Shown here one piece after another: positions 25,931-40,800 of a DNA stretch of 64,000 bases. The position numbers and the translations under genes are program-made. The stretch is from Bugula neritina. Taxonomy: Eukaryota; Animalia; Bryozoa. The stretch lies in contig OZ037765.1 in assembly GCA_964035545.1 (NCBI GenBank), forward strand, positions 33,417,504 through 33,481,503, in the 5' to 3' direction. The notes beneath the pieces were generated by a model. It searched no databases. It saw nothing but the letters and a program-made list of their open reading frames with translations, and was not told the DNA's origin. The number at the start of each line of letters is the position of its first letter. Position 1 is the first letter of the stretch.

Positions 25931-27063
25931 TCACTTAGTTTATTCTATAATAGTTTATAAAATATGTTCAAAGTAATTTGTGTTGGCATAACCATGAATA
26001 CTTATATTTCTACAGATTATAATAATGGAAGTAGTTCCGTATATAACATAAACATGATGCAACTACGAGGTTATTCCAGCTACAACTTTATACTTCATCT
26101 AAAACTTCCAATAGTCTGTATTAATTACTCAATCTTAGAAATCTTAGAAATGGTTTCTCTCCGTCTCTTTAATATCTGTTACTAAATTATATTTCAAACA
26201 GCTCAGTTAAATATTTCTTTGCATAACAAAGGAAATATCTAAAAATAAATAAAATAGTTTGAAATGTGATAGTAAAACATCGACAGAGCAACCCAATATT
26301 AGTTGATCTGTTTTTTAAACTAAAGGACCTAAAATTATTTGAATGTCATTAGATAATTGATTTTAGTTGAAGTTGGCTCAATTCTTCCTAATATGAAGTT
26401 GTCATCTCTTTATAATAGGATTACTAGAGTGAAAGAACACAAATAGAAAGTGAAGCGTGTGCTTTCCGCATGGCAGGGCTTATAAATATAATATTGGGAA
26501 ATTTCATCTTGGGTTTTCCAAGTTGCCTTCTTTCTTCTGCCACAGAGCGTACTTCTGTCTATAATTCAGGAATCCCTGCATTGACAAGCAATCTAGAGTC
26601 TACCAGAAAAACCTTATTGCAGGTTAATGGTTTTATCTGAATTAAAAAATTTGCTGATTTATCTACGAGACACTCCGCAACAAAGCAGCAGTGCAAGCTT
26701 GCTTTTGTTTACATTCTGTCTAATTGAGTTAATTAAGTTAGTTTTTTGACAATGGCTACACAATGCAACTTTAACTATAGCGCTATTTTCATGAGACATT
26801 CTACAGATTTAGAAGCAGTGAGAATATGATACGATAAGCTATTGATATATGGAACATATTATTCATGTAAACAGAGAATAGATACTGCGTCTATATAGTA
26901 TCACACCACTAACACTTGTACCAAATTATGCAATTACCAATGTAAACTCCATGTTTCTAGTGAATGGCTGTCTAGTCGCTAGCTAGAACATAGATTACCT
27001 AATTCTTTGTTATGTCATTTATAAACTTTTTTAAAATTTAACGTAAACAAGAAGTTGAATTGA

Positions 27064-27690
27064 AAAAGAAAAATGACATGGCTCAACCCTCCTTTCACGG
27101 TCAATGTAGCCAATAACATGGGAAATAATTCCTAAAAACTATATTCCTGATGACGAATTCCCACAGAAAAATGAATTTCACAGGATTTTCAATACCAAAA
27201 CACTCAAAATTAGTTAAAACTGCACACTAAACACCCTCTCAATCATTATAGCTTATAACACGGAACACTTATAAAGGAACACTTTCTAGTAATGTACTCA
27301 AACCACGCAACTACAAAGTCAAAGCCAACTGAAAGGGTATGCTGCTCAAATGACCTAATTTACCAAGCTATGGTCACCAACAAAAAACAGTACAGCATTA
27401 GAAAAGTATTTTATGGTTGACTGAAGATGAGTTCAAAAGCCGACATAACAACCGTACTGCCAGTTTCAGGAAAAGCCACAAGAGAAGCTCTACTGAGCTC
27501 AGCAAATATATTTAGAAATTGAAAAATCATAAAATCAGCTACAAAGTAGAATGGAAAATGATAGCCAGAGCACAACCTTGCAGCAAAAGATAATCATTTT
27601 GCAAGTTATGCTCACTATAAAAGTATATTTCATCATCTGCAAGCCAAGTTGCTCAACATTGAATAGCCGCAATGAAATGGTTTCATCTCA
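27064..27690 (+). mobile_element. Penelope-like element relic (RT C-terminal region plus C-terminal GIY-YIG endonuclease), 5'-truncated and decayed
   Basis: Manual translation across stops and frameshifts: KRKMTWLNPPFTVNVANNMG...DEFPQKNEFHRIFNTKTLKIS...TEDEFKSRHTNRTASFRK...STELSKYI*KLK...VEWKMIARAQP...CKLC...TLNSRNEMVS. Confidence 0.85.
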
Positions 27691-28766
27691 GATAGACTCT
27701 TGTATTAGTATTTATATTTCACAATCTTGCAAAGTTTTGCCCTGATGTACAATATATATTTGCTTAATCAATATAAAATCGAGTAATTTTTAGCTATATA
27801 TTAGCTAGATGAAGTAAAATATTTACAGTTTCCCAATGCTTCCTATAACAAAGCACGGCTTGAATTGGTAGCTGGGATATTGTAGTGTTTTAGGTACTGA
27901 AAAAATATATTTTATATAAGCGAAAATATTTTTGACAAAATGATCAAACAGAAAAAAGTTTTATTATTTTAATATGTTACATTATGCAATAAAAATAATA
28001 ACTCGTAATTGCAATAAAAAGTCTGTTAAATTGTTGTAATCAAGCTACAGCTTCATCTTATTCTTGTGTCAACAAATAGTACATATTTCCTTGCTATACA
28101 AGTAGAAACCATATTCTAGTTTTACAACTATATATATAGACAGAATCATAATGTGTGTTGTCTACAACAAACATAAAATAAACAAATAAAATAGCATTTA
28201 AACCAATCTTGCCATGATGATATCAAGTCATAAAATGAAGCTATAAAACCTATGAAGTAGTATAGAGGGTATGAGTTATCTTCATCTCCACTGGTAATAT
28301 TGGAGATATGATGCAGTCCGCAGTGAGATATATCCTAGATATATCCTAGATAGTTTTCCACTGTAAAAAAGATAATGAATTATATAGGTGTAAGTTGTAA
28401 GAAAAATCTTATACTTAATGATAATTTGCTATCATTTTCAAGGGTTTAAACAAACTCAATATACCCTCCCTCATCAGCTTTCAATATCAGTATGGTTACT
28501 TGTTTAAAGTTGAGCAATCTCCAAAAGAAGTTTTCTAGTTTTATTTGAGTCTAAGCTCAAAAAAATTAGTTGTATATGAGTATTTTTTTATTTTACATTA
28601 TTTCATATTTTTGTTGAAAAAGCCCTTTCTAGCTTTTAAGCACAATTCAACTATTAAACTAATTTTGATTGCATTTGTGGATCATTATTTTAGTTAAATA
28701 ATAATTAATTATATAACTCAATTTTTAAAAAACTCAATTTTAAAGTTATCTGGTTTGGTTGGGCAG

Positions 28767-30351
<1,585 letters not shown>

Positions 30352-30610
30352 TAGAGAAATTGTGTCAGCAACTGTGAGCATGTCTAGCAATGCAGCTGCT
30401 ACATTGACTAGAAATACTCTTAGTGTTATAGTTAAAGCTTATTTGAATTTTTTTTAAAATTAATATTTAAGACTGTTTATAAGAGAAAATTTGTAATAAC
30501 AAAATATACTAAATTCTTTATACTCTAATAGAAAAGGTTGGCCATTTTTAGTTTGTTGCATAAATCAGTCATAGAATTAATATAAAGCTATAATTGAAAT
30601 CATTACTTAT

Positions 30611-30920
30611 ATGTAGCTACTGTATATGTGTACATGTAGCTATTGTATGTGTACACGTAGCTACTGTATGTGTACATGTAGCTGCTGTATGTGTGCATGT
30701 TGCTATTGTATATGTAAAATGTAGCTACTGTATGTGTACATGCAGCTACTGTATGTGTTCATGTTGCTACTGTATGTGTACATGTAGCTACTGTATGCAT
30801 ACATGTAGGTACTGTATGTGTACATGTAGTTAATGTATGTGTACATGTAGGTACTGTATGTGTACATGTAGCTACTGTAGTATGTGTACATGTAGCTACT
30901 GTATGCATACATGTAGCTAC
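30611..30920. repeat. 21-bp minisatellite, ~15 copies
   Basis: Unit ATGTAGCTACTGTATGTGTAC; explains the Cys- and Tyr-rich ORFs 30594-30833 and 30703-31011. Confidence 0.95.
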
Positions 30921-31063
30921 CAAAAAAACAAAAGTTACCTGAAGCTGGTTGGTAATATACTGTATGTTTATTTAGACATCCTGTTAAAGCATATAATCTA
31001 AAGTAAAGCATGTAAGAAGACTAATTTCATACAAGACATAAAACTACCATAAATACTCATGGG

Positions 31064-31195
31064 AGTTCATAGTCACCGTCCCCGTAAGAACCCCTAATAG
31101 AAACAGTTCTTTTAAGCAAGCTAAGGACATGTTTTCTATTGTGAGAAAAAAGCCATTATGACTGAATGCTTCTACCTATTCAAACCACTGACCTA
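31064..31195 (-). mobile_element. 5'-truncated, diverged copy of the tRNA-derived SINE
   Basis: AGTTCATAGTCACCGTCCCCGTAAGAACCCCTAATAGAAA...GCTAAGGACATGTT...ATTATGACTGAATGCT matches the body of the two full copies. Confidence 0.75.
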
Positions 31196-31821
31196 ACGCT
31201 TACTAAAAGCAAATGTGAAACAACAGTGGTTTTAATTTAATAGACACTTAATTTTTTTTTGACTTTCTAGCTTTGAATAGGCCCTTCTCGTCAGATATGC
31301 TCACTTCATAAAAAATGAGTTGTAAATTATTCATTGAATTTTATTAAATGCAGCAACATTTGAAAGAATAAGAATTAAAATAAATATTGTTCAGTATTTA
31401 CTTCAGTATTAGCCCTACACCTGCATATTTGTCTTTTAACATTTATAGGATATGTTACACAGTAATTCCTTACTTGCTGGTAATGTAGCCCAGCAGTTAA
31501 ATGCATATAATCTGGTAAAACGTTAAATGCAGTAAATGTGCTCACATATGTTGATTGTGTTTATACTTAAAATCTTGACAAAAATCACATTATATTTATT
31601 AAATTCAATTACATAATCCCATATTTAAAAATAGACTAAAAAAATGTTCTACTGTATTTCAAGTGAACAGCCTTCTAGTTAGGCAATCTGTCGTTAAAAA
31701 TATAAACATTTCCAAAACTCTACCCACCCACCAAAGCATGTAAACTTAAAAAAATATGTTATTAGAATTTTTTGTTGACCTCAAAGTTTTATACAAGTAG
31801 TAGCCGAAGTCTTATGACTAG

Positions 31822-34800
31822 CTATTCTCTAGCACTGGGTCCATCACTTGCCTTTTCAATCATATGCCAAGTAGACGGCCCTTCTTCAGCATCCTATAAT
31901 CATATACTAAACATTATTATCGTCATTATCGTCATTATTTTTGAGCTCAGGTATGCTTGGAGCTACAACAGTTTGTAGTTTACTTTTTTCAATATTTTTT
32001 TATTAGTTTCAATTTAATTAAGTCATGCAACATAGTGTCCGTTTTATTAAAGATGTTTTAGCTTTTAGCACACATATTAGCTGGGTTGAAGAGGTGAGTT
32101 TAGAAAAGGTAAAAGCTATTCCATCTAATTAATTTTAGGTACTGACATTATTGTAAAGTATTTTAAGCAGCTACACTAATTATGGTGCAGTAGCAGCAGT
32201 AGCATCAGTAGTAGCAGCAGTAGGAGCAGCAGTAGGAGCAGCAGCAACAGTAGTAATAGCAGTAGCAGCAGCAGTAGCAGTAGTAAAGCTAGAGGTAGAA
32301 ATGTAGGAGACGTACCTTTATTATAATACCAGCGGTTGCCGCAAGTTTGTCTCTTAGCTGATCGGTAGAGTCAAGTAAAGCTGAATGAGATTTCCTGTGA
32401 ACTTTGATTTGAGATTTCTCTTCATCTATAAAATATGTACCTCAATATACCACAACTACTTGTATAGCAATGCCTGGTTTATTCTATGTACAGAGAAAGT
32501 AAAAAATGAATGAACCAACTTTGCAGTCAAGTGGACAATTTCAACTCAAATAGGTTTCCTCATTAGCCCAACTAGACTTAGAGCACTCCGGTAAAACTTT
32601 TGTAACTTAAACTTGTCATGTTTATAATTTGTTTGAAGACCAACTTCTTTTGTTGCTCAAAATCGTTAGTTGTGGAACACATGTCAAGCAGGTTAAACTG
32701 ATTTAGTTATTATATTACTATTTGACCCAACAAATCAACACCTCACCAGTTGCATTGGCTGCGTCTCCACCCAAGGCAAAACTGCGAACTCTTTCTCTGA
32801 AGTGTGTAACAGAATTCATGATGTCTTCAAGAGACTGTGAGCTGTTAGCAGAGTCAGCATGGCTCTCCTACAAATATGCTGCCAATATAGTGTCTATAAG
32901 ATTGGCTACAAAGTGAGTAGGCTATAACTATAAGAGCTTGGCAAGCATATTGCTTCCCAGTTGTAGTAAGTCAGGTACAAAACTTTGGTAACCTTGTGCT
33001 TGAAGTATCAAATAATCTAAGAGGGTGTAAACTTTCTAAAACAAACTTTTCAAGAGCTACTCATCAAGTACTATACATCACTAGAAAGATACTAAAAAAA
33101 CTACTTACAAATTAGTAAGTAATATAAATGAGCTATATGTAGCCATTAACACTTTTTATATCCTTTCTTGGCTGTAGATATTGTTACCAGGTTATATATG
33201 CTAACACAGTGTTGTTGTACTTACAAGCTTTGAAGTACGGCTGAAACCAAGTTGAGACATCAGTTTGTCTATATAGCTGGTGACAGCAGCAACAGAGTAG
33301 ACCTCTCTGGCCCTTATCACATTCTGTATAAAAGAGAAATGTTGAGCTGTTTTCACTTAGCAAATAACTTGGTATTTTTGCACAAATTACTTGAAACTCT
33401 CCGTCACAAGATCTCCAATATATTTCAAAAGTTTACATTTCTATGCAATACATTGTTTTTAAGCAACTTACAGTACTACCAAGCCACCCACCTTGATGCT
33501 AAGCAACCCACATTGTTGCTAGGCAACCCACTTACCTTGTTGCTAGGTTTACATAGCTCTCTGTCGCAGACTTGCACTAGACTCATGAGTGCAGACATCA
33601 TCTGCTGGGTATCAAAGTTATCTGCCAAGGCTGAGCGAACAACTTTCTGTGTGGACGCCAAACTACAAAAAATTTAATCAGTTACTATAGCAACAAAACT
33701 ATCTCTTTTTGAACCAGTGAAATTCCGCAGCAACATAATATTAAAAGTGGTAGCTTTAGACAACAAAGTTCTATCTACCAACCTAGGACTGGTCAATTTT
33801 CTCAAGAAATCAAGCAGGAAAACAGTACCAAAGTTCCAAATTTATAATTGAATTTACCTGAATATTTGGCTTATTCACAAAAATCTTCATGCGATAATGA
33901 TGTTCATGTTTTTCTAAATTGACACGTCTCAAACTTTATTTAAAAGATAGAACTAATAGACTTACTGTTGCATGAGTACATCATTGCTAACATCAACGGA
34001 GGGTCCTTCACCGTGTATGTATGACTGTGCCATAGTTCTATGAGAAGTTAGCTTATTGAGTGTCTGTACTGGTTTCTTCATAGCATTCTCACCATACTCA
34101 ACTTCTGCATGCAATGAAGAAAATTATATAATATGATATAGCATTTAACATAATATCTATACGATGTAGCTTAACATACTAAACTACAATACGCTATGGA
34201 ATGATACAATGTAATATATAATATATTATATTAAATATACTAATAATATGTCTCAACGTGTTATGATATATGTCAAAGTGTAATGGTAAGTGTCAAAGTG
34301 TCATGATATGTGTCAAAGTGTCATGATATGTGTCAAAGTATCATGATATGTGTCAAAGTGTCATGATATGTGTCAATATAGATAATAAATGTCAAAGTGT
34401 CATGACATGTGTCAAAGTATCATGACATGTGACAATATAGATAATATGTGTCAAAGTGTCATGATATGTGTCAATATAGATAATAAATGTCAAAGTGTCA
34501 TGACATGTGTCAAAGTATCATGACATGTGACAATGTAGATAATATGTGTCAAAGTGTCATGATATGTGTCAAAGTGTCATGATATGTGTCAAAGTGTCAT
34601 AATATGTGTCAAAGTGCTCACCCATAGCATATGGTTTCAACAGACAGAACATGCGGAACTGGTTGGACGTATACTTCTCTAACAACTCAGGTATCGTAAT
34701 GATATTTCCTCGGGATTTAGACATTTTCTCGGTGTCACCTTCTCTGCGTACAAGTCCTGAATGTATCCAGTAGTTGACCCACTGGTTGGTCTGGTGATAG

Positions 34801-37800
34801 CAGTTAGACTGAGCTAACTCATTCTCATGGTGGGGGAATTTAAGATCGCCCCCTCCACTGTGTATGTCTATTTCCCCACCAAACACTTTGCTATGAAGTT
34901 AGTATTTTATCATAATTCAAACAATTGGAAATGCAATCATATAAAAACATTATAAAATACACAAAATTGCCATAAAATCTAAGCAATTAAAACAGCAAAA
35001 ACAAAAAAATTAAATTTTGCAAACTAGAATAAAATGCATTATAAATTAAATCGTAGTTACATAACATGATGTAAAATAAAATGCTATTATTTTGAACAAA
35101 AAAAATGTTTGAAGTAAAGCATTGTTATAGATTGGTCTGGAAAATTTACACATAATAAAACTCATGTGTGGGACTCATTAGTGTACCTGGCTAAAGCAGA
35201 GCAGCCGATATGCCAACCCGGGCGACCTTGACCCCAAGGAGAATCCCAAAAAGGCTCGCCAACTTTATGAGGTTTCCATAAAAGAAAATCTTGCGGTTTC
35301 ATTTTCTGATCTACAATAAAACGAAGATAATTTGTTGTAAAATAAACAGCCAGTAGTACAATCAGAACCCAGCTTTCTGATTTTGGAGCAATGATACATT
35401 CACAGAGAGAAATATTAGTGCAGTGCTTGCACTAAAGTTGTTCAAAGAGCCTTTTATTGTTGGTATAGCCTGCACCACACCTCTAATAGTTGTTAGACCT
35501 GCACTTATTTTGATGAAATTGAAAATTAATCCGATTAGTGTAAACTGAAAAATATTTTGTAGTAGCTCTGAAACCACTTAGTTGTTCAGTCAACGCTACT
35601 TTTCACAAGTATTACGTAATCACCATCCCTAGGTCTGAATGAAGCTAAAAAGTAGTTGATAGGAGCAGAAAGTGAGATCAATGCTACAACTACATATGTT
35701 CAAGCAAAATTTTATTTACATAATAATTATGGAACAATCGGCAGTTGTTTACCTAACAACATTATTCGTTCACATGTGCACTAATGATGATCACAAACCT
35801 TTATAGGAAGCTAGGATATAGTTGAACCCTACATTTGGGTCATTTCAATTGGTGCTTCCCAGTTAGATGTTATTTATACATTTTACGTGCAATTTATTTG
35901 AATACTATTGAAATATATGTGTATTTAAATAAATTTGAGTCAATTGCTTTTTATAATTGGCACACAAATAAATTTCTTTGCTCTGCATAAACCTATTAAC
36001 TTTGCATTTTCTATATTTTTTGTTTTTTGAAAAAAATGTTATTATTAATGCATTTAATGCTTTTTTTCAACACAAATTTGGAAAAATCTAAATATTATTG
36101 CAAACATATCATATTGTTGGTTATTTTATGTTTAGCAATTGATATGAAAGTTATATAAGGGTATATAGGTATATAATACTTAGTACCAAAACAAAAAATA
36201 CAACCTAACTGGGGAGCATATAAGTGGAATGAAACTCCTTCAACCTACTAGCTGTTTATGATTTCGAAATTTTTTTGAAGCCAAGACATTTTCAAATAGC
36301 TTGTTACCAGACTACTATTAAACATTGCCCCACTCCGTTTATCAAAGACTTGAGTTGAATTTATCAACAAAATATTTCAACTGCACATATCTCTTGCATG
36401 GGTAGTTTAGGCTTCACTAGTCAATTTCATTCATGGAAAGGAAAGCCAACTAATTTAAAATGTGTGTAAAAGAAAGATCAGGGAGATGCACCATTAAACT
36501 CCAATGTACTCAGTTATCAGCAAATGTGTTTCAAACAAGAAGCTTAAAATTAACAATGAAACAAGCTACTGAATAGTCAATTGTGGATCAGGTGAACCAC
36601 TTCAAAAGCCTTGTGTAAACTTGTGTAAACTACCTGGTGGAACAAAAGAAGATGTTGCATAACAGAGCTATAGTAAGGAAATATTTAAATTGTAATTCAA
36701 AGGCAAGAAACTGGCTTACCAAGCAGTGACAGAGCAAAGCAAAGGTTATTACATAACAGCACATAGTTTTCATTCATGGCTATTGACAGAAGAAATATTT
36801 TGCCGGCATAGTGAACACCAGAGGCTCAGACTAAGAGGTTGTGCTTTGAGATTCAGTGAATTTGTGCTTCCAAACAACCTCACAACATGGAAAACATTGA
36901 ATCATTTCATCACATGGGTAAAGATTGCAGCTACCTCTCAGAGATAGAAGATGATCACTTTCTTTCAGAGTTAGGAACTGAAGTTGTCATTGCAGCAAAA
37001 GGTAAGCCCAATCATTTGCTTAACGGTGTCATTTGATATCACAATGACAGTATCAGTATGACTATTGCTGTAGACAGATAATTGAATTTGTGCAACCATA
37101 ACTTTTAAGAGACCACATTGACTAATAATTCCCAAACTACTCTATTCCTATATCAATTTGATACGAGTTCTCCTGTAACAATCTATTTTCAAAAAATTTA
37201 GCGTTTTATTTCCACTTCACCTTCTAGCAATTTGTGCTAAATTCATTAATTTGAATTCCCTCCCCCATTGTAAAAGTATTGCTAATAATGCAGTTTAGCA
37301 GCCTACAAGTAGTTATTAGCCTTAATCAGCTGCCAAGCTAGCTTCTTGTTTTATAGCTAAGTACCAAAATGCCAATATTAGTGGTGAGTTGGCAAAGTTG
37401 GCAAAATTTTTCATTAACTTCCGTGCCACCAGTTTATTCTTTTATTTACCTTTGCACGGCACAATTAAATATAAAAACATGTTTAAGTAGCAATATTTTT
37501 CTTGGTAGTACTTTATTTGTTTTTCAATTTATAGACATACTGAAACTTATCAATATCTGTTATCTCGATATGAGGGGTCCATATAAAATGCTGACTCCAG
37601 CTTAAATTGTGGTTCACTGACATTTTGAGATAATTTTAATGCAGAGAAGCTTCTATTAACTAAACTAATTATGCCCAGCAGCTCTTGCATTTGTAATTAA
37701 GAAAGAAGTAAAATAAAATGATGGCCAAAATTGTTACTAAATTTTGATAAGCTCAAACTAACCCAAACACTACGCAACATAATGATCATAAGTTTGCCAA

Positions 37801-40800
37801 AGCCTGTATGGTTATTCAGAATCAAACAATTGGTACGATGGTGCTGAAAATATGCTGAAAGATTCGTAGCTAACATCATTGATACTATTAGTTTTGGCCT
37901 TAGACTTCAGCTTCTTCAAAGTTGAACTTAATTTATTTACGCTGCTTGTGATTGTATATCTTAGCCAAATGTTTACTGTTTATACTAATACAGTTTAAAT
38001 ATTACCCAACTTTTATCTTTTGTTGTAGATCCCATAACATTTTTTAAGACCATGCACTCAAAGATGCTGAATAGGAGCACAAAAAAGAATTTGACCGCTA
38101 CAAAACTTTAAATCATGCTGAGACCTTCAGCCTGCAAGCAGGCGCACTCACCACTACATTACAAGCGTCACTGGGTGCTCTCGACACTACACCTCACCCA
38201 CTTCTCAAGAACCCAGCTGCCCATTTTATACTACTTCTTCAGGCTTCCCTGGCCACTCAACTCCTCTTGGAGTACTACCACACTTTACTAACTGCTGGAA
38301 TTAGTTATAAAACTTCCCCCTCCCTCCCCCCTCCCCCCTCCCGTACTTGGGTTACTATCACGGACCTCGGACTTGCACACAGGTGTGCTAACCATTACAC
38401 ACCACAACTGCTCGGTTATCGCTACACTACAGAGCAAGAATGTAATGACACACACTATGGTCTTAGCAGGTTCTGCTAATATTGAGAAAAATTAACTGAA
38501 TTTACAATCGTAGAAAAATTTTGCAAATGTTTATTTTCATGTTTTTTTTCTTATTTTAATCTTTAGAAGTTATTTTTTGTTGCATTTCTTATATTCAACT
38601 ATCATATACAATAAAATCCACATTACTATACTCTCATACTGGTTAGAAGTTATGACAAGTTAGTTCAGAGTGATCAGTAATAATTTTTGCAGAAGCTTAT
38701 TTCCAACGAAAATTAGAGCAGCATGGAACATTTATAAGTTCAGCTTTGAATATAACTTAGTTCAGCATTGAGCATATTTAAGATCATCATTGAATAGAAA
38801 TAAGATCATCATTAAACATATATAATATCACTATTGAGCATAAATAAGATCACCATTGAATATATATAAGCTCACCATTAAACATATATAATATCACTAT
38901 TGAACATAAATAAGATCACTATTAAACATATATAATATCACTATTGAGCATAAATAAGATCACCATTGAAAATATATAAGCTCACCATTGAACATATATA
39001 AGATCACCATTGAACATAATTTGGCTCATTGTGATAAATACAAAGAATCAACTTCACAACTCTTTATATCAACATTGATCTAACATACTATTCACTGTGA
39101 ACAGTACCTGACACTAATTTCTATTCACTGCTGGTCAATTTAGGGATCCAAAAAACGAGAGGTTTTAGTTGTCAGCTTATGTTCACTCTAACACTAATAT
39201 TTCTCTCTGTGTTCAAAAGTATTTTATTTTCTTCACCATCTAACATTGTCTTTTCTGACGGTAACACCTTCATCCTTGACAAATTCCCGTAACTCTCGTA
39301 TGAGTCACACTGGAAGAACACATTACCTACAAGATATATAGTTGGTGTGAGCTGATCATTATCTTCACAGAGCTAGTAGTGTGTGTGTGTGTGTGTGCAA
39401 GAGTGAGATGTTATGTTGGCAATAGATTATAAAGGAGGTAAAGTTTAAAATTCAAAGAGTAGTTAAGGAGGTAAAAAGTTTTAAACAAGCAGCCTGTTCA
39501 GAGAAAAAAAACTCTGCTCTTTTTAATTTGGTAGTTAAAATTTTTGTGATGAATAGAATAAAATTTTCCAAGTTGATGAGCTGCACTATGTGGTCTATAC
39601 TAAATATTCTGCCTCTAAAAGTGAGCTGTGCATCAAAGTTATATATACATATACAGGTATAGCCCATTTAAATAGTGTTATTCTACAACAATGAGTTAAA
39701 GCAGAAATTATTTTGCCAGCTGTGACAATAACCGGCAGTGCTAATTCAGGCAAATTTTCAATGGTTTATGCACCAAGAGGCCACCTGATTGGCTAAGAGT
39801 TCCAGGAGCTCTAGAAGCTATAATGAGCTAATAATATGTGAGACTTAGTAAATGATGGCATATAGTCATATATCAATGGGTTACTAGATATACACCCTCA
39901 TACATATTACTGGAGCTTAAGCTAATTTAGTTGCTGTTAGATTATAGATGCTTGCATAGGTAGATTTTTACATCCCTGACATTATTCTGCTTTTAGCCAA
40001 AAGGATATGGAAATATTGCAGGGCATAATTTCACAGTATCTCGTCCTCAGACATAACACTTATGTACCAATACGAGATACATTACATCATAATTAAATGT
40101 TGTCTATCGGCAAAAATTTTGCAGTAGCCAATCATAGTACTATAACAGGGCAGTCTGAGTGTAGTATCTCGTTTATCGGCATAATTATAATAGCCCGTAG
40201 TTGAAGATGGAGTTGGAAGCTTTTCAAATACCTCCCACATATAATAGCATTTATGCTAGTCCTTAAAACTAAATAAACATTATGGTAGACCAATAATCAT
40301 GAAAGCTCTACTCATTTGTAACTGGAGGATTTGCAGCACCACAATACTAAATTTCTTGCATTGGAGGTGCTTAGGCTGTGTTGTCATAGTTATGTGTACT
40401 TATTGGGGCTTGGTATAAAATTAAACCTGACAATTATAACGATTAAAGTATTATTGCTGTGCTTTCAACTGACCAACTTTGGAGTTATTATCTCGATTCT
40501 TTGTTAGGAATGGTTAGATAATTTCATGCAATAATGAGTTTTGGCTTTATATCATTATAAATATCTACATTGATGGCAGCACTGAGCTAGAATTCTAATA
40601 TCTTTTCAAGCTCATTGGGTGGCAGCTTATCGGCTAAATTTTATGCAGATATTGAATAATGTGGTTTGATAGTTATGCTATATTGTTAGGTTCACAAGCA
40701 TCTTTAAAAAGTTATAATTATTGCGTTGACCATAGGTCAAAAAATTACCTAAAGAGAGGGCAGACAACTCCAAAAGATTGTTTTTGCAGAAGCAAGTAAA

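Larger units (their letters stand above)
35401..39211. mobile_element. Putative CACTA/EnSpm-like non-autonomous element filling CARS2 intron 5
   Basis: Perfect 20-bp TIR CACAGAGAGAAATATTAGTG (35401-35420; reverse complement 39192-39211), TT on both outer sides (possible 2-bp TSD), decayed similarity further inward, internal minisatellite. No recognisable transposase. Confidence 0.65.

Noticed and set aside
30594-31011. Metallothionein-like Cys-rich and Tyr-rich ORFs
   Set aside because: Translations of the 21-bp minisatellite.
36450-37060. Possible coding remnant inside the CACTA-like element
   Set aside because: Slightly GC-richer and protein-like, but stops in all frames and no motif I can recognise.
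34263-39019. CRISPR-like arrays (20- and 22-bp repeats)
   Set aside because: Head-to-tail units without unique spacers, eukaryotic introns, no cas genes.
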